64,000 bases of DNA from Nostoc sp. DedSLP01 (lineage in GTDB: Bacteria > Cyanobacteriota > Cyanobacteriia > Cyanobacteriales > Nostocaceae). Where the stretch lies: assembly GCA_034530875.2 (NCBI GenBank), contig JAVRCJ020000001.1, forward strand, positions 32,001-96,000. The letters are read 5' to 3'. The notes under the pieces are model-generated. The model made no database searches and was not told the DNA's origin. It was given only the letters and a program-made list of their open reading frames with translations. Positions 48,101 through 59,420 of this stretch are shown piece by piece. A program made the position numbers and the translations under genes. Within the stretch, counting starts at the first letter, position 1. Every line of letters starts with the position of its first letter.

Positions 48101-49186
48101 ATGACTAAAAGACGACAATTTTTCAAAGGAGTAATAGCACTTTCTAGCTTGTCTTTAACGAGTTGCGGTTGGAGGCTAGCTCAAGTACGTGCTAATTCTA
48201 ATTTTTCTAGTCGCAGCGACCAACTTTATATCTATACTTGGACGCAATATACTGATAAACAATTACTAAAAACTTTTAGTACTCAAACTGGCATGAAAGT
48301 GCTGGCAGATGTGTATGATTCTAACGATGTGATGCTGGCTAAGTTGCAAGCTGGGGGTGGTAGCGCTTACAGCATTATCTATCCATCTGATTATATGGTA
48401 CAGAAGATGGTAGATAAAGGTTTATTAACAGAAATAGCTCGCGATCGCCTAATCGGTATCGAAAATTTATTTCCTCGATTTTCTAATCCTATTTATGACC
48501 CCAATAACCGTTACAGCATACCTTTTAATTGGGGTACAACAGGTTTTATTTATAATTCTGAAAAACTTAAAGAGCCGCCCCAAGATTGGGATTATCTTTG
48601 GCAAAATCAAGGCAAACTTAAGAAGCGAATGACTTTGCTCAATGATGTACGCGAGGTGATGGGTGCAACATTGCGGATGTTAGGTTATTCTTATAACTCC
48701 AAAAACGAATCAGAAATCAAACAAGCTTATGAAAAATTGAAACAGTTAAAACCTGCGATCGCTGCTTTTGATACAGATGCTTGGCAAAATCAAATTCTTG
48801 GCGGAGATTTACTCTTAGCAATGTGTTATTCAGCCGATGCAGTAAAAATCTCTAAAGAAAATCCTAAATTAAAATATGTGATTCCTCGCAGCGGTTCTTC
48901 ATTATGGACAGATACTATTGTAATTCCTAAAACAGCCCCCAATTTAGCTGGAGCCTACGCTTGGATTAATATGATTTTGCAACCAGAGGTAGCAGCCGAA
49001 ATCAGCGAACGCTTAAGTATTGCTACGCCTAATCGTGCTGGATTTGAGCAATTACCACAAACGATACAAAACAATTCTAATTTATTTCCTCCAGAATCAC
49101 TTTTAGTAAATTGTGAGCGTATCAGTCCTGTAGGAGAATTTGAAGAAGTTTACGATCGCTACTGGACTCAATTAACCAGCAGCTAA
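48101..49186 (+). CDS. potD: Polyamine ABC transporter substrate-binding protein
   Basis: KRRQF...LTSC signal; YTW..Y, DSND.M.AKL, YPSDY, P.NWGTTG, W.D..VIPK. Confidence 0.92.
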   Translation: MTKRRQFFKGVIALSSLSLTSCGWRLAQVRANSNFSSRSDQLYIYTWTQYTDKQLLKTFSTQTGMKVLADVYDSNDVMLAKLQAGGGSAYSIIYPSDYMVQKMVDKGLLTEIARDRLIGIENLFPRFSNPIYDPNNRYSIPFNWGTTGFIYNSEKLKEPPQDWDYLWQNQGKLKKRMTLLNDVREVMGATLRMLGYSYNSKNESEIKQAYEKLKQLKPAIAAFDTDAWQNQILGGDLLLAMCYSADAVKISKENPKLKYVIPRSGSSLWTDTIVIPKTAPNLAGAYAWINMILQPEVAAEISERLSIATPNRAGFEQLPQTIQNNSNLFPPESLLVNCERISPVGEFEEVYDRYWTQLTSS

Positions 49187-49233
49187 ATAGATTTGGGAGT
49201 TAAGAGTTAAGAATTAGGAGTTAAGAGTTAGGA

Positions 49234-50130
49234 ATGATTAATTTTAAAAGAAATGATATTTCTGAAATAGAAGAATTGCATCAACAGCAAGCAAGTTGGC
49301 TGCAACCTTTAGTATTACTTGCACCGTCAGCAATTTGGTTGTTACTTTTGTTGGTGCTGCCAAGTTTAATAATTTTCGAGTTAAGTTTAGTTGCAGACAT
49401 ACGGCCGGGAGATATAGTTAATCCTAATGGAATCAAAAATTATATCCGCATCTTCGATCCTCTTTACTTGCAAGTAATCTTGCGATCGCTATATTTAGCT
49501 TTTGGCACTACAATTATTTGTTTGATTTTAGGTTTTCCTGTAGCTTATTGGATTGCTGTAATTGCACCAAAGCGTTGGCAGAATTTACTGCTATTAGGCT
49601 TTGTTTTGCCTTTGTGGACTTCTTCGTTACTGCGTTCTTATGCTTGGATTACAATTCTTCGTCCTACTGGTTTATTGAATAGTTTGTTAAGCTATTTCGG
49701 TTTACCGCCTTTGGAAATACTGAATACAAGTCAAGCTGTATTGATTGGTATGAGTTACAGCTTATTACCCTATATGGTTTTAATTTTGTATGCCTCTCTC
49801 GAAAAGTTAGATAAGCGTTTGCTAGAAGCAGCAGCAGATTTGGGTGCAAATCCGGTGGAAGCTTTTTTCCAAGTAACTATACCGCAAATTTTTTCAGGAA
49901 TTGCAGCCGGTTCGATGCTTGTATTCATCACAGGTTTGGGAGATTTTATCGACCCCGAATTACTTGGTGGTGCTTCTAGTATGACCGCAGCACGATTAGT
50001 TTATAACCAGTTTCTTGGAGCAACTCAAAATTGGGGATTTGGTTCGGCTTTGAGTATGACATTAATTTTAGTTGTGAGTATTGCGATCGCTCTGTTAATT
50101 AAGTTTGGTGAAGCTACGCCCAAACGCTAA
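49234..50130 (+). CDS. potB: Polyamine ABC transporter permease
   Basis: PLWTS.LLR.YAW; EAA motif LLEAAADLGA. Confidence 0.9.
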   Translation: MINFKRNDISEIEELHQQQASWLQPLVLLAPSAIWLLLLLVLPSLIIFELSLVADIRPGDIVNPNGIKNYIRIFDPLYLQVILRSLYLAFGTTIICLILGFPVAYWIAVIAPKRWQNLLLLGFVLPLWTSSLLRSYAWITILRPTGLLNSLLSYFGLPPLEILNTSQAVLIGMSYSLLPYMVLILYASLEKLDKRLLEAAADLGANPVEAFFQVTIPQIFSGIAAGSMLVFITGLGDFIDPELLGGASSMTAARLVYNQFLGATQNWGFGSALSMTLILVVSIAIALLIKFGEATPKR

Positions 50131-50184
50131 ACATTTGCCCACTCACTTATAATAAGGGCATCGAACGCCACCGAGACAAAGGTT

Positions 50185-50907
50185 ATGCTTTCACCCGATC
50201 TCAAAAATGCGTTACCAACTACTGATGAACTTCCCTGTTCGGACGATACACCAGTGGATAACGAAGACCAAAATTTTTTACCCAACATTTTACTTTTTTT
50301 GCTCAACTCCATTTGGGCAAATCGTATGGATTGGTACTTTGGGGTAGATATGGGAGTCTATCACACTACAGGAGTAAATCCTAGAGTTCCTGTAGTGCCA
50401 GATGCTTTTTTAAGTCTGGGAGTAGAACGCAAAAAAGGTGGTAAATCCCGCAAGAGTTACGCAGTTTGGGAAGAAAATGGAGTAGTTCCAATACTCACAT
50501 TAGAAATGGTATCCCACACCCCAGGAGGTGAATACGAAGAAAAGCTAGATATATACAAAAAACTTGGTGTATTGTACTACGTAATTTATAACCCTGAATT
50601 TTGGCGGCGCGACCAACACCAACCATTTGAAGTGTATAAATTGATAGATGGGAGTTACCAACTACAAATAGGTGAACCTTATTTCATGCCAGAAATCGGG
50701 TTGGGTATTGGCCGACAGCAATCTGTAATTGCGGGAATACAACAAGAGTTTTTATCTTGGTATGATGAGCGAGGAAATCGCTATTTGACAGACGCAGAAC
50801 AGGCACAACAAGAACGGCAAAGGGCTGAACAAGAACGACAAAGGGCTGAACAGTTAACCGAGTATTTACGTTCTCTAGGTATAGATCCAAATAATCTTCC
50901 TCTTTAA
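50185..50907 (+). CDS. Uma2 family putative endonuclease
   Basis: LP.SDDTPVDNE.Q, VPD.FLSLGVER, LE.VS, EQERQRA repeats. Confidence 0.92.
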   Translation: MLSPDLKNALPTTDELPCSDDTPVDNEDQNFLPNILLFLLNSIWANRMDWYFGVDMGVYHTTGVNPRVPVVPDAFLSLGVERKKGGKSRKSYAVWEENGVVPILTLEMVSHTPGGEYEEKLDIYKKLGVLYYVIYNPEFWRRDQHQPFEVYKLIDGSYQLQIGEPYFMPEIGLGIGRQQSVIAGIQQEFLSWYDERGNRYLTDAEQAQQERQRAEQERQRAEQLTEYLRSLGIDPNNLPL

Positions 50908-50972
50908 AAAAAAGTAACTGACTCTTAAACCATTATTTTAAATTTTGCCTTATTTTGTAACTAATGCAAACA

Positions 50973-53900
50973 TTACTGATTTGCCGCTATAAGTACATGA
51001 TTCAAATTTTCTGTATCGCTGTTAATTAAACCTTTAATCGTTGTCAAAAATTCATGTTCTAAATAAGGTTTAGTTAAATAAGCCTTAGCACCTAATTCTT
51101 GGGCAAGCTGGCGATGTTTTTCTGCACTGCGAGAAGTCAGAATCACCACGGGTATTTTTGCAAAATTTGGATATTGGCGGAAATTCGTCAATAATTCAAA
51201 ACCATTCATCCTTGGCATTTCTAAATCGGAGACGACAACTTCAATTTCTGGATGTAACTGCAATTTTTCTAAAGCTTCTACACCATTTTGAGCTTGTATA
51301 ACTTGATAACCAGATTTTTGCAGGGTTAGAGAAATAGTTTGCCGCAGGCTAATTGCATCGTCTACTACTAAAATAACTTTTGGTGATTGATGATTTGGCT
51401 CTAGAGAATAACTAGGTTGAGTTTTTATAGTATCTGTAGAAGTAGAGGGAGTGATTGATGGTGTAGGTGAAAACGTGTTTGTTGATGATATCGGGACAGA
51501 TTTTTTATTTGGTGAAGCTGTAATATCGAGTGTTTTTTGCGGCATTTCGCTCAACTCTGCCAAAGATAAAGCATCAATCACTAAGATGAGATTACCATTC
51601 GGTAAACTACTACAACCATAGATATATTTTGGTGGTGCGATCGCATTTCCTAAAGGTCTAATTACTAATTCGTGTTCGCCAATAATTTGGTCAACTTCTA
51701 AAGCAAACATTCCTTGATTTCGCCGTAGCAAAAGCACCGGATTTTTAGTTATATTTAAATCGTGAGTATTTGTTCGATTGTATTGATTATTACTATTAAA
51801 TAACGAACCATGATAATATATCAACTCTGAAAGTTCACGGAGGCTAACCATAGTTTCATCTTGGTCTGCATTCCAATGTAAAACTTTTTTACCTTCCGTT
51901 TCTTTGATTTGGTCATCAGCAGGAATTAAGATTTTTTCGATGCTGTCTAAAAGTAAGGCATAAACAATACCTTTGGCTTGAACTAGCATTAATTTTTCTG
52001 TAGTCATAGAAAAAGGAATTTTGAGTATAAATTTTGTTCCTTGGTTGGGTGAAGTTTCAACTGAAACTGAACCATTGAGCGCCTGCATTTGAGTACGGAC
52101 AATATCTAACCCCATACCGCGTCCAGAAATTTCGCTCACTTGATTGGCAGTAGAAAATCCGGGAGAAAATATCAAATCTAAAAGTTCGGATTCTGTTAAT
52201 TTAGAAGCATAGCTTCTGGCTTTTTCTTCGCTTTCGATATTCCCGAGTTCAACAGCTTTTCTGCGAATGCTGTCTAAATTCAATCCCTGTCCATCATCCC
52301 GAACTTCGATCACAGTTTGACTACCTTGATGGTAAGCGCAGATTTCAATTAAACCTTGTTCTGGTTTGCCAAACTCCCGGCGGAAGTGTGGAGGTTCAAT
52401 ACCATGATCGAAAGCATTACGTACTAAGTGCAACAGAGGATCGTAAAGTTTTTCGGCGATCGCTTTATCAACTAGTACTTCAGTACCACAAAGTTTTAAT
52501 TCTACAAGTTTTGCATAAACATTCCCCAATTTATTTACCATGTGGGGGAAGCGATTCAAAATATTGCCCAAAGGCAACATTCGTGCTTCTACTAAGTTAT
52601 CTATAATATTGAGAGTTAAATTCTCTTTATTACCACTTATTTGAGTAGCTTGGTTTACAAGCAAATCAAGAGATTCTGTAGTTTCTTGTAGTTGCAGTGT
52701 CTCTTCTATTGCTTCATGCAGTGTCATCTGAAATTCTGTATATACATCCATTTCCAGAGAGTCAAATTTCACTGCCAAATTTGGTGTTTGCTGCGAAGCG
52801 AAATTTTGTATTTGTAATGGTAAATCGCGTAATTCATTTAAAATTGTTTGATGTTTAGCAAGTCGCTGCATTAATTGCTCAATTATTTCTTGAATTTGTT
52901 CATCTTGTAAACTCCGGCGCTTTTGGTTAATCAACAATTCTCCCGCGAGATAATTGAGGTTTTGTAATTTATCTGTATCTACTCGAATAAAAGAAGGCTG
53001 GCGAGTATTTTTAATTGGCAGATTTTCTGCTTTTTTGTCTATTTCCTTGTTAAATTGTGGAGATGAATTAGGAATATCTTCACTAACTGTTTTAGGAGTA
53101 TCTATCTGCTCTAACTCACTTTTGTTAGTTTCAACTTCAGCCGTCAGGTTTTGGTCAGGTTCTTCTCCCCATATCACTTCTAAAAGAGGATCGGTAATTT
53201 CGGAAGATATAGATATTTCTTTAAGAACTAACAGGGTTTGTAACTTGGGACTATCAAGCCAGTTTTTCTCTTTGGCAGTAACAGGAGGATAGTTTTTATA
53301 TTTTTTAGCTAATTTATAAATCTTATTTTGCAAGGCTTTAACTACCAGAAGGTAATTATGCGATTTATCAACATAGTATTGGAATTTTGCAACTGCAAAT
53401 AAAATAATTAAAATGATACCTTGACGATAAATACACAGACTTTGGCTATCTTCGTCTTCCCGAACAAAAAGTAAGAACTTGTTCAGCCAGCTTTCAATAT
53501 AATTGAGCAATTCTTTTTTAGGTAATTTAGGAACAAGTAAGCTCAAATTCAGTTCTGATTCTGGTATTTGTATTTCGTGATTAAACCAGCCAAAAATATA
53601 ACGAATTACTTTTAAATAAAATTTAGCAGTTGTTGGTTTGACAGCTTCATTTTTAGTGTCATCTGATGTAGTTAAGAAGAGATAAAATTGTTCTTCGTTA
53701 AAGACAAATTTACTAGGAAATGAATTATTTGGTAATTCTTCAGATTCCTCTTGATTTTCTAAGTTAGCCAGTTTTTGCAAACTTGCAGAAGCTTTTCCAC
53801 CAGAAGTGCGATCGCCTGCTAATACGGATTTTTGTGCTTCTTGCAAATCTGTAAGCGCAATTTCTGCAATTTGCTGCACTTGTGTAGGATTTACTTGTAG

Positions 53901-54545
53901 TGCTGAGATAATCGTTTGGGAAATTTCACCTAATCCAGGTAGTTTGAGAGATTCTGCTAAACCGAGAAACACCTCAGCTTGAGAGTTGATAAATTCAATA
54001 AATTCGGCATTATCTGGAGGATTATTAATAGCTTCAGCAATACTGTTTAAACGCTGTTCTACTCCGACTTCAAAAACAGACTGTACAATATCAAAACCTA
54101 ATTCTTCCGAAGTGGGAATATGAGCTTCAGCACCAAAAGCATCGCCCAGTTTTTCTTGCAGTTGGGCAAAAACTGAAGTCGCTCGTTGGAGTAGTTCTTT
54201 ATTATTAACAGTACTTCCGATTAGTTCGGTATTTAATGCTATGCTAAGACATTCATAAGCATGTATTAAAAGTGTTTGTAATTCATCGTCAACTACAACA
54301 TTTGGATTATATAGAGCCTTAAATACATCTTCTAAAAAATGGGCGATGGTTTTAATTACTTCCAGCCCAACATTGGCTGCGCCACCTTTAAGCGTATGGG
54401 TAGCTCGCATTAAATTATGAATTTTGGCAGTACTATAACTTTCTGATAAGCTAAATAATTCTTGCTCGATAATGTGTACTAATTCAGGGGCTTCTGCCAG
54501 AAAATAAATGTATCCTTGTTCGCGAATTGAAGTGTCAGTAATCAT
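50973..54545 (-). CDS. pixL: CheA-like hybrid kinase (HPt-HATPase-CheW-REC)
   Basis: RATHTLKG, HLVRNAFDHGIE, SGRGMGLD, SDLEMP; last gene of the taxis operon. Confidence 0.85.
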   Translation of the reverse strand: MITDTSIREQGYIYFLAEAPELVHIIEQELFSLSESYSTAKIHNLMRATHTLKGGAANVGLEVIKTIAHFLEDVFKALYNPNVVVDDELQTLLIHAYECLSIALNTELIGSTVNNKELLQRATSVFAQLQEKLGDAFGAEAHIPTSEELGFDIVQSVFEVGVEQRLNSIAEAINNPPDNAEFIEFINSQAEVFLGLAESLKLPGLGEISQTIISALQVNPTQVQQIAEIALTDLQEAQKSVLAGDRTSGGKASASLQKLANLENQEESEELPNNSFPSKFVFNEEQFYLFLTTSDDTKNEAVKPTTAKFYLKVIRYIFGWFNHEIQIPESELNLSLLVPKLPKKELLNYIESWLNKFLLFVREDEDSQSLCIYRQGIILIILFAVAKFQYYVDKSHNYLLVVKALQNKIYKLAKKYKNYPPVTAKEKNWLDSPKLQTLLVLKEISISSEITDPLLEVIWGEEPDQNLTAEVETNKSELEQIDTPKTVSEDIPNSSPQFNKEIDKKAENLPIKNTRQPSFIRVDTDKLQNLNYLAGELLINQKRRSLQDEQIQEIIEQLMQRLAKHQTILNELRDLPLQIQNFASQQTPNLAVKFDSLEMDVYTEFQMTLHEAIEETLQLQETTESLDLLVNQATQISGNKENLTLNIIDNLVEARMLPLGNILNRFPHMVNKLGNVYAKLVELKLCGTEVLVDKAIAEKLYDPLLHLVRNAFDHGIEPPHFRREFGKPEQGLIEICAYHQGSQTVIEVRDDGQGLNLDSIRRKAVELGNIESEEKARSYASKLTESELLDLIFSPGFSTANQVSEISGRGMGLDIVRTQMQALNGSVSVETSPNQGTKFILKIPFSMTTEKLMLVQAKGIVYALLLDSIEKILIPADDQIKETEGKKVLHWNADQDETMVSLRELSELIYYHGSLFNSNNQYNRTNTHDLNITKNPVLLLRRNQGMFALEVDQIIGEHELVIRPLGNAIAPPKYIYGCSSLPNGNLILVIDALSLAELSEMPQKTLDITASPNKKSVPISSTNTFSPTPSITPSTSTDTIKTQPSYSLEPNHQSPKVILVVDDAISLRQTISLTLQKSGYQVIQAQNGVEALEKLQLHPEIEVVVSDLEMPRMNGFELLTNFRQYPNFAKIPVVILTSRSAEKHRQLAQELGAKAYLTKPYLEHEFLTTIKGLINSDTENLNHVLIAANQ

Positions 54546-54548
54546 AAT

Positions 54549-54665
54549 GAGGGAGTGGGGAGTGGGGAATGGGGAGTGAGTAACCGAGTGGGGAATGGGG
54601 AAGGGAGTGGGGAGTAGTTAATATTTAAATTCCCTACTCCCTACTCCCTATTCCCTACTCCCTAC
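54549..54665. repeat. Inverted STRR arrays (GGGGAGT / CCCTACT)
   Basis: G-rich heptamers followed by C-rich heptamers running into the 3' end of the four-helix-bundle gene. Confidence 0.8.
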
Positions 54666-55043
54666 TTCTTTATTATCTAAAGAACGAATCAAAGCGCGGA
54701 GTAGTCTTCCTACAGATTCACATTGCATCAAAATTGGACTGACTACTTGACTATCTGTAAGTCTCACGTTGGCTCTAGCCGATAGTAATAAGTGAGTTTC
54801 TAACTCTTTCAGAGAACCTTGTGCAATTCGGAGATATTTGATATATTCTGGGCGATACTCTCGCCCATAACCCTCAGCAATATTTGCTGGGATTGATGCA
54901 GCTGCTCGACGAATCTGTGAAGTCATTCCGTAAAGTTCCTCTTTCGGAAATGCAATCGTGAGTTGATAGCAAGCTTCGGCTAAATTCATACCTTCTTGCC
55001 AAACTTTCAAATCTTTATAAGAGCGAATTTTAGAATCTGTCAT
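54648..55043 (-). CDS. Four-helix bundle protein (23S rRNA IVS / bAvd-like family)
   Basis: SYKDLKVWQ, FPKEELYG.TSQIRRAA.SIPANIAEG, YL.IA.GSL.E.ETHL. Confidence 0.93.
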   Translation of the reverse strand: MTDSKIRSYKDLKVWQEGMNLAEACYQLTIAFPKEELYGMTSQIRRAAASIPANIAEGYGREYRPEYIKYLRIAQGSLKELETHLLLSARANVRLTDSQVVSPILMQCESVGRLLRALIRSLDNKEVGSRE

Positions 55044-55071
55044 TCCCTACTTCCCACTCCCTATTCCCTAT

Positions 55072-58000
55072 CTAATTCACTTTGAACTTACTTGCAGTCG
55101 TTAATAAATCTTGCGCCATTCCTGATAATTCTTGAAACACAGTAGCAATTTCTTGAGATTCGGCAAAAGTTTTATTAGCGATTTCTGCAACGTCTTGCAT
55201 TGATGCAGTTACTGTTACAGATTGCGTCATTTGTTGTTGAGTTGCTGCGGTAATTCGCTCGATTAACTGACTAATTTCGGCAGTTGCAGAAACGATCGCA
55301 TTTAAGTTTTGGCGAGTATCGCTGACAAGATTTGTGCCTTCTACTACCTGCTGAATACCAGTTTCCATCGCTACTGCAACTTCACCTGTTTCTGCTTGAA
55401 TTTCTTGGACTAATTTTTCAATTTCGATGGTTGCTGCTGCTGACTGTCGAGACAAAGAACGGACTTCATCCGCCACAACTGCAAAGCCTTTGCCATATTC
55501 ACCTGCGCGGGTGGCTTCAATAGCTGCATTCAAAGCCAGGACGTTTGTCTGCGTAGCAAAATTACCAATCAAATTCACGACTTTAGAGATTTTTTGCGAG
55601 GATTCACTCAGGCGTTTAATCTTTTTGCTGGTTTGGGCGACGGTTTCACGAATTCCTTGGATGGCTTTGACAGTCAAGTTCATCGCGGTATCGCCAGACT
55701 CTACAGTTTGGTTGGCTTGTTGTACTGCTACTTGCACCAATTGGGCGTTTGCTACCACAGCTTGAGTCGAGTCCACCATTTGTTTAATATCTTCCAAGGC
55801 TGCCGTAATCTCTTCAGACTGATGTTGAGCTAAATTTGTCAGTCCTGCCAGCGAACCATTGCTATCGCTGGAAGTTTGAGCAACTTTTTGGGCTGCTGTC
55901 TGTACGTGAGTCACTATTTGCCGCAGTGCTTGCAAAGTATTATTGTAAGCGTCAGCGATCGTGCCTAGTTCGTCTTCTGTAATCGGCGCGCGTACTGTTA
56001 AATCGCCGTTGAGGGCAGGTCTTAGGGCTGTTAGAAGTTGAATCGATCTTTGTTGGAGTAATTCCTTAGCTGCTTTTTCCCGCGCTGCGGCTTCTGCTAA
56101 TTTTGTTGACTGTGCTTGTAGCTGTTGCATATATTCAGTTTGTTGTAATGCTATGCCCAACTGGCTGCCAATGCGTGCTAACAAACTGACTTGCGATTCT
56201 TCCCAATGACGCGGGCCAGAATTTTGATAAGCTGCCAGCAAGCCCCACAATTTTTCCCCAGAAAACACAGGGACAATGACATAAGCTTTAACTTCAAACT
56301 GTTCTAATATTTCAATATGGCAGGGGAAATGATTTGCTTCATAGATGTCATTGACAACAAAGTTTTCACCTTGGGCATATCGACCCCCATGAGTTTCTTG
56401 CAAATGCGTATCTTCCCAAACAGTTTTGATATCAGGGCCTACCAGTTTTACCCAATTGTGACCCACAGATTCAGCGACAAATTCACCACTCCAATTAGGA
56501 TGAAAGCGATAGACAGCGACGCGATCGCATCTTAATAATTGGCGCACTTCTAGAGTAGCTGTTTTAAAGATTTCTTCTACATCTAAGGATTGTCGAATGC
56601 GGTTAACTATCTTGGTAATCGATTTTTCTTGTTCTGCTATCTGAACTAATTGTTGAGATTTTACCCGCACTTGTTCGAGATATTCTGCTTGCGATATTGC
56701 TACACCAAATTGCAAGCCAATTTGAATTAAAAAGTTGAATTCCCAGGGCTGCCAATCACGAGAACCTGAGTTTTGATAAGCTGCTAATAAGCCCCACAAT
56801 TTTTCTCCAGAAAATACAGGAACAATTACATAAGCTCTCACTTGCAATTGTTCTAACATCTCAATATGGCAAGGAGAATGCCCTACTTGATAAATGTCGT
56901 TAGCAACAAAGCCTTCACCTTTGGCATATCTACCTCCTTGGTTTTCTTGCATGTAGGTATCTGCCCAGATAGTTCTAATGCCAGGCCCTACTAATTTTGT
57001 CCAATTATTACCCACTGACTCAGCAACAAATTCACCACTCCAATCAGGATTAAAGCGAAAAACACCAACGCGATCGCATTTTAATAATTGCCGTACTTCT
57101 TGAGTAGTTGTTTTAAAAACGCTTTCTATATCTAAGGATTGCCGAATGCGATTGACTATCTTAGTTACTGTTTTCTCTTGTTCAACTATCTGCGAAAGTT
57201 GTTCGGATTTTGTCTGCGCTTGCTCGAGATATTCGCTTTGTGAAATAGCTACACCAAATTGCAAGCCAATTTGAGTTAAGAAAGTTTCTTCCCAAGGCTG
57301 CCAATCACGAGGGCCAGAATTTTGATAAGCTGCCAGCAAGCCCCATAATTTTTCTCCCGAAAAGATTGGCGCAATGATATAAGCCATCATTTGGAACTGC
57401 TCTAAAATATCAATGTGACATTGAGCATGGCCTGTTTGATAAATATCTTTAACAACAAAACTTTCACCTTTGGCGTAACGTCCTCCTTGGGTATCTTGGA
57501 GGTGGGTATCTTCCCAGACCATTTTAAAATCAGGCCCGACCATTCTTACCCAACCATTGCCCACTGACTCGGCTACAAACTCGCCACTCCAGTCAGGTCT
57601 AAAGCGATAAACACCAACGCGATCGCATTTTAATAGTTGGCGGATTTCTTGAGTAGTTGTTTGGAAAAGTTTATCGACATTTGATATCCGTAAAATCTTG
57701 TCGATGACTTTAGCTACCGATTTTTTAGCTAGTGTCTGTTGTTGCAGTTCTTTTTGAAATTCAAAGCCGTGAAATCTGTAGCTTAATTCAGTAGCAATTT
57801 GAGACAACAAGCTGATTTCTGCCTCTTGCCATTGCCGCGCACAAGAGCAATTATTTACTGCTAATAATCCCCAGACTTTACCTTCTACTAAAATTGGTAA
57901 ACTCAAACTAGCTTTGACTTGAAACTTTTCTAACAGTTGCTTGTGATGGGGTGTCAGTTGTATCTGATCGATATCGTCAATAGCAACAGACTCTAAATAG

Positions 58001-58380
58001 TCTTGATTCGTATATAAGCCAAAAAGAATTCCCGGAATATTTTCGCTTAGAGTCGGCGTCCAACCTAGCGTTCGAGATTCTGCTAAAACATTACCTACCT
58101 CTCGGGAAGTAAATTGGTAAATTAAGGCGCGATCGCAACCAATTTTTTCTCTAATTTGTGTTACAGTAATTTTAAGTAAAGTATCAAAATCTGAAGCTTG
58201 CTGCATGTGAATGGCGATATCTTGTAACTGTCGCCGCCATACCTTAAATTCTTGAGCGATCGCATTTAATAAAGAAATTTCATCCCTAGCAATATTGGCT
58301 ACATTAGGGTTACCGTTTTCGTTTTCTACTTCACAGAGTGGATTCTCATTTTCGCGATCGTTGTGATATACAAATGTCAT
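55072..58380 (-). CDS. pixJ: Cyanobacteriochrome methyl-accepting photoreceptor (4 GAF + MA)
   Basis: GAF2-4 carry W(E/A)DT(H/Y).Q..GGRY and CH; GAF1 lacks the Cys; MA domain [20 protein letters not shown]; same layout as AnPixJ/NpR6012. Confidence 0.9.
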   Translation of the reverse strand: MTFVYHNDRENENPLCEVENENGNPNVANIARDEISLLNAIAQEFKVWRRQLQDIAIHMQQASDFDTLLKITVTQIREKIGCDRALIYQFTSREVGNVLAESRTLGWTPTLSENIPGILFGLYTNQDYLESVAIDDIDQIQLTPHHKQLLEKFQVKASLSLPILVEGKVWGLLAVNNCSCARQWQEAEISLLSQIATELSYRFHGFEFQKELQQQTLAKKSVAKVIDKILRISNVDKLFQTTTQEIRQLLKCDRVGVYRFRPDWSGEFVAESVGNGWVRMVGPDFKMVWEDTHLQDTQGGRYAKGESFVVKDIYQTGHAQCHIDILEQFQMMAYIIAPIFSGEKLWGLLAAYQNSGPRDWQPWEETFLTQIGLQFGVAISQSEYLEQAQTKSEQLSQIVEQEKTVTKIVNRIRQSLDIESVFKTTTQEVRQLLKCDRVGVFRFNPDWSGEFVAESVGNNWTKLVGPGIRTIWADTYMQENQGGRYAKGEGFVANDIYQVGHSPCHIEMLEQLQVRAYVIVPVFSGEKLWGLLAAYQNSGSRDWQPWEFNFLIQIGLQFGVAISQAEYLEQVRVKSQQLVQIAEQEKSITKIVNRIRQSLDVEEIFKTATLEVRQLLRCDRVAVYRFHPNWSGEFVAESVGHNWVKLVGPDIKTVWEDTHLQETHGGRYAQGENFVVNDIYEANHFPCHIEILEQFEVKAYVIVPVFSGEKLWGLLAAYQNSGPRHWEESQVSLLARIGSQLGIALQQTEYMQQLQAQSTKLAEAAAREKAAKELLQQRSIQLLTALRPALNGDLTVRAPITEDELGTIADAYNNTLQALRQIVTHVQTAAQKVAQTSSDSNGSLAGLTNLAQHQSEEITAALEDIKQMVDSTQAVVANAQLVQVAVQQANQTVESGDTAMNLTVKAIQGIRETVAQTSKKIKRLSESSQKISKVVNLIGNFATQTNVLALNAAIEATRAGEYGKGFAVVADEVRSLSRQSAAATIEIEKLVQEIQAETGEVAVAMETGIQQVVEGTNLVSDTRQNLNAIVSATAEISQLIERITAATQQQMTQSVTVTASMQDVAEIANKTFAESQEIATVFQELSGMAQDLLTTASKFKVN

Positions 58381-58465
58381 TAGTTAAACCTCAAAATTTA
58401 TTATGAGTAATAATTTGATAATTCTGCGTTTCAAAACCATTTGGTCTTAGATAATTACCAAATTT

Positions 58466-58948
58466 TCAATTATGAATTCCCCAGATGGTAGCTTGGATGA
58501 TAGCTAACGCATCTAAATTGAGTATCATTTCCTTTGAATCATTAATAAAATATCCGTCCAAAAAAGCTGACATTTTTGGATCGAATAGTTCGCTATTTGG
58601 CGGTTTTATTTGCTTAGTATCTAACCATTCGATATCCATAAGTTGTCTCACCAATAATCCCAAGGACTTATTCTCATATTCCAAAACAATCGCCATCATT
58701 TTTGAAAGCAAATTTGAGCCTTGAGAAATTGGAGGATAACCTAGCATTGCTTCTAAATCTACTAACCAAAGCATCTCGCCGCGCCAGTTATAAATACCCA
58801 AAACGCAACTCGGCATCTGAGGTACTCCACATATTTCTGGCAATGATACTTGCACAACTTCTGTGATGTGTTCTAACGAAATTACGGCTGTATCTCTTAT
58901 TCCCAAATGAAAACTTAAAAATTTTTGCTTGGTTTCCAAAGTTAACAA
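58466..58948 (-). CDS. pixI: CheW-like protein
   Basis: VPQMP..VLG.YNWRGE.LWLVDL. Confidence 0.85.
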   Translation of the reverse strand: MLTLETKQKFLSFHLGIRDTAVISLEHITEVVQVSLPEICGVPQMPSCVLGIYNWRGEMLWLVDLEAMLGYPPISQGSNLLSKMMAIVLEYENKSLGLLVRQLMDIEWLDTKQIKPPNSELFDPKMSAFLDGYFINDSKEMILNLDALAIIQATIWGIHN

Positions 58949-59054
58949 TCCTTTGCGATAAATAATTTTTATTGAGCTATAATTTGCAGTTAAGATTGAA
59001 AATTATTTAGATAATTAGAGACAGCAATTTTCGGTTTTTGTTTTATATGAAGAA

Positions 59055-59420
59055 TTAATTATTAGTTAATTGTTTGAGAATTACTAATAATTCTTCTCGA
59101 TTGATTGGCTTTGATAAATAGCCGTCAGCACCCAGCATGTTACCCCAAATTTTATCTACATCGCTATTTTTTGTAGAACAAAAAACTACAGGTATTTTGC
59201 TAGTTTTGGGATTATTTTTGAGTTCTCGGCAAATTTCAAAGCCACTTTTACCTGGTAAAATTACGTCAAGAAATATTAGATCTGGCTGATTTTTATTTAT
59301 TTTTTCTTGAGCCTCTTCACTACTTGTGGCGCTAATCACAGAATAACCTGCCTGTTGTAAGTAACGGCTGATTATTTCCATATCAGTTAAGCCATCTTCA
59401 ACAACTAAAACAGTATTCAT
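59055..59420 (-). CDS. pixH: CheY-like single-domain response regulator
   Basis: VLVVED, FLDVILP..SGFE.CR, YL.KP. Confidence 0.85.
   Translation of the reverse strand: MNTVLVVEDGLTDMEIISRYLQQAGYSVISATSSEEAQEKINKNQPDLIFLDVILPGKSGFEICRELKNNPKTSKIPVVFCSTKNSDVDKIWGNMLGADGYLSKPINREELLVILKQLTNN

Noticed and set aside
46896..50907. Uma2 genes as a defence system
   Set aside because: A very common multi-copy cyanobacterial family; no methylase or other defence partners adjacent
54648..55043. Diversity-generating retroelement (Avd-like gene)
   Set aside because: No reverse transcriptase and no TR/VR pair with adenine-specific mismatches seen
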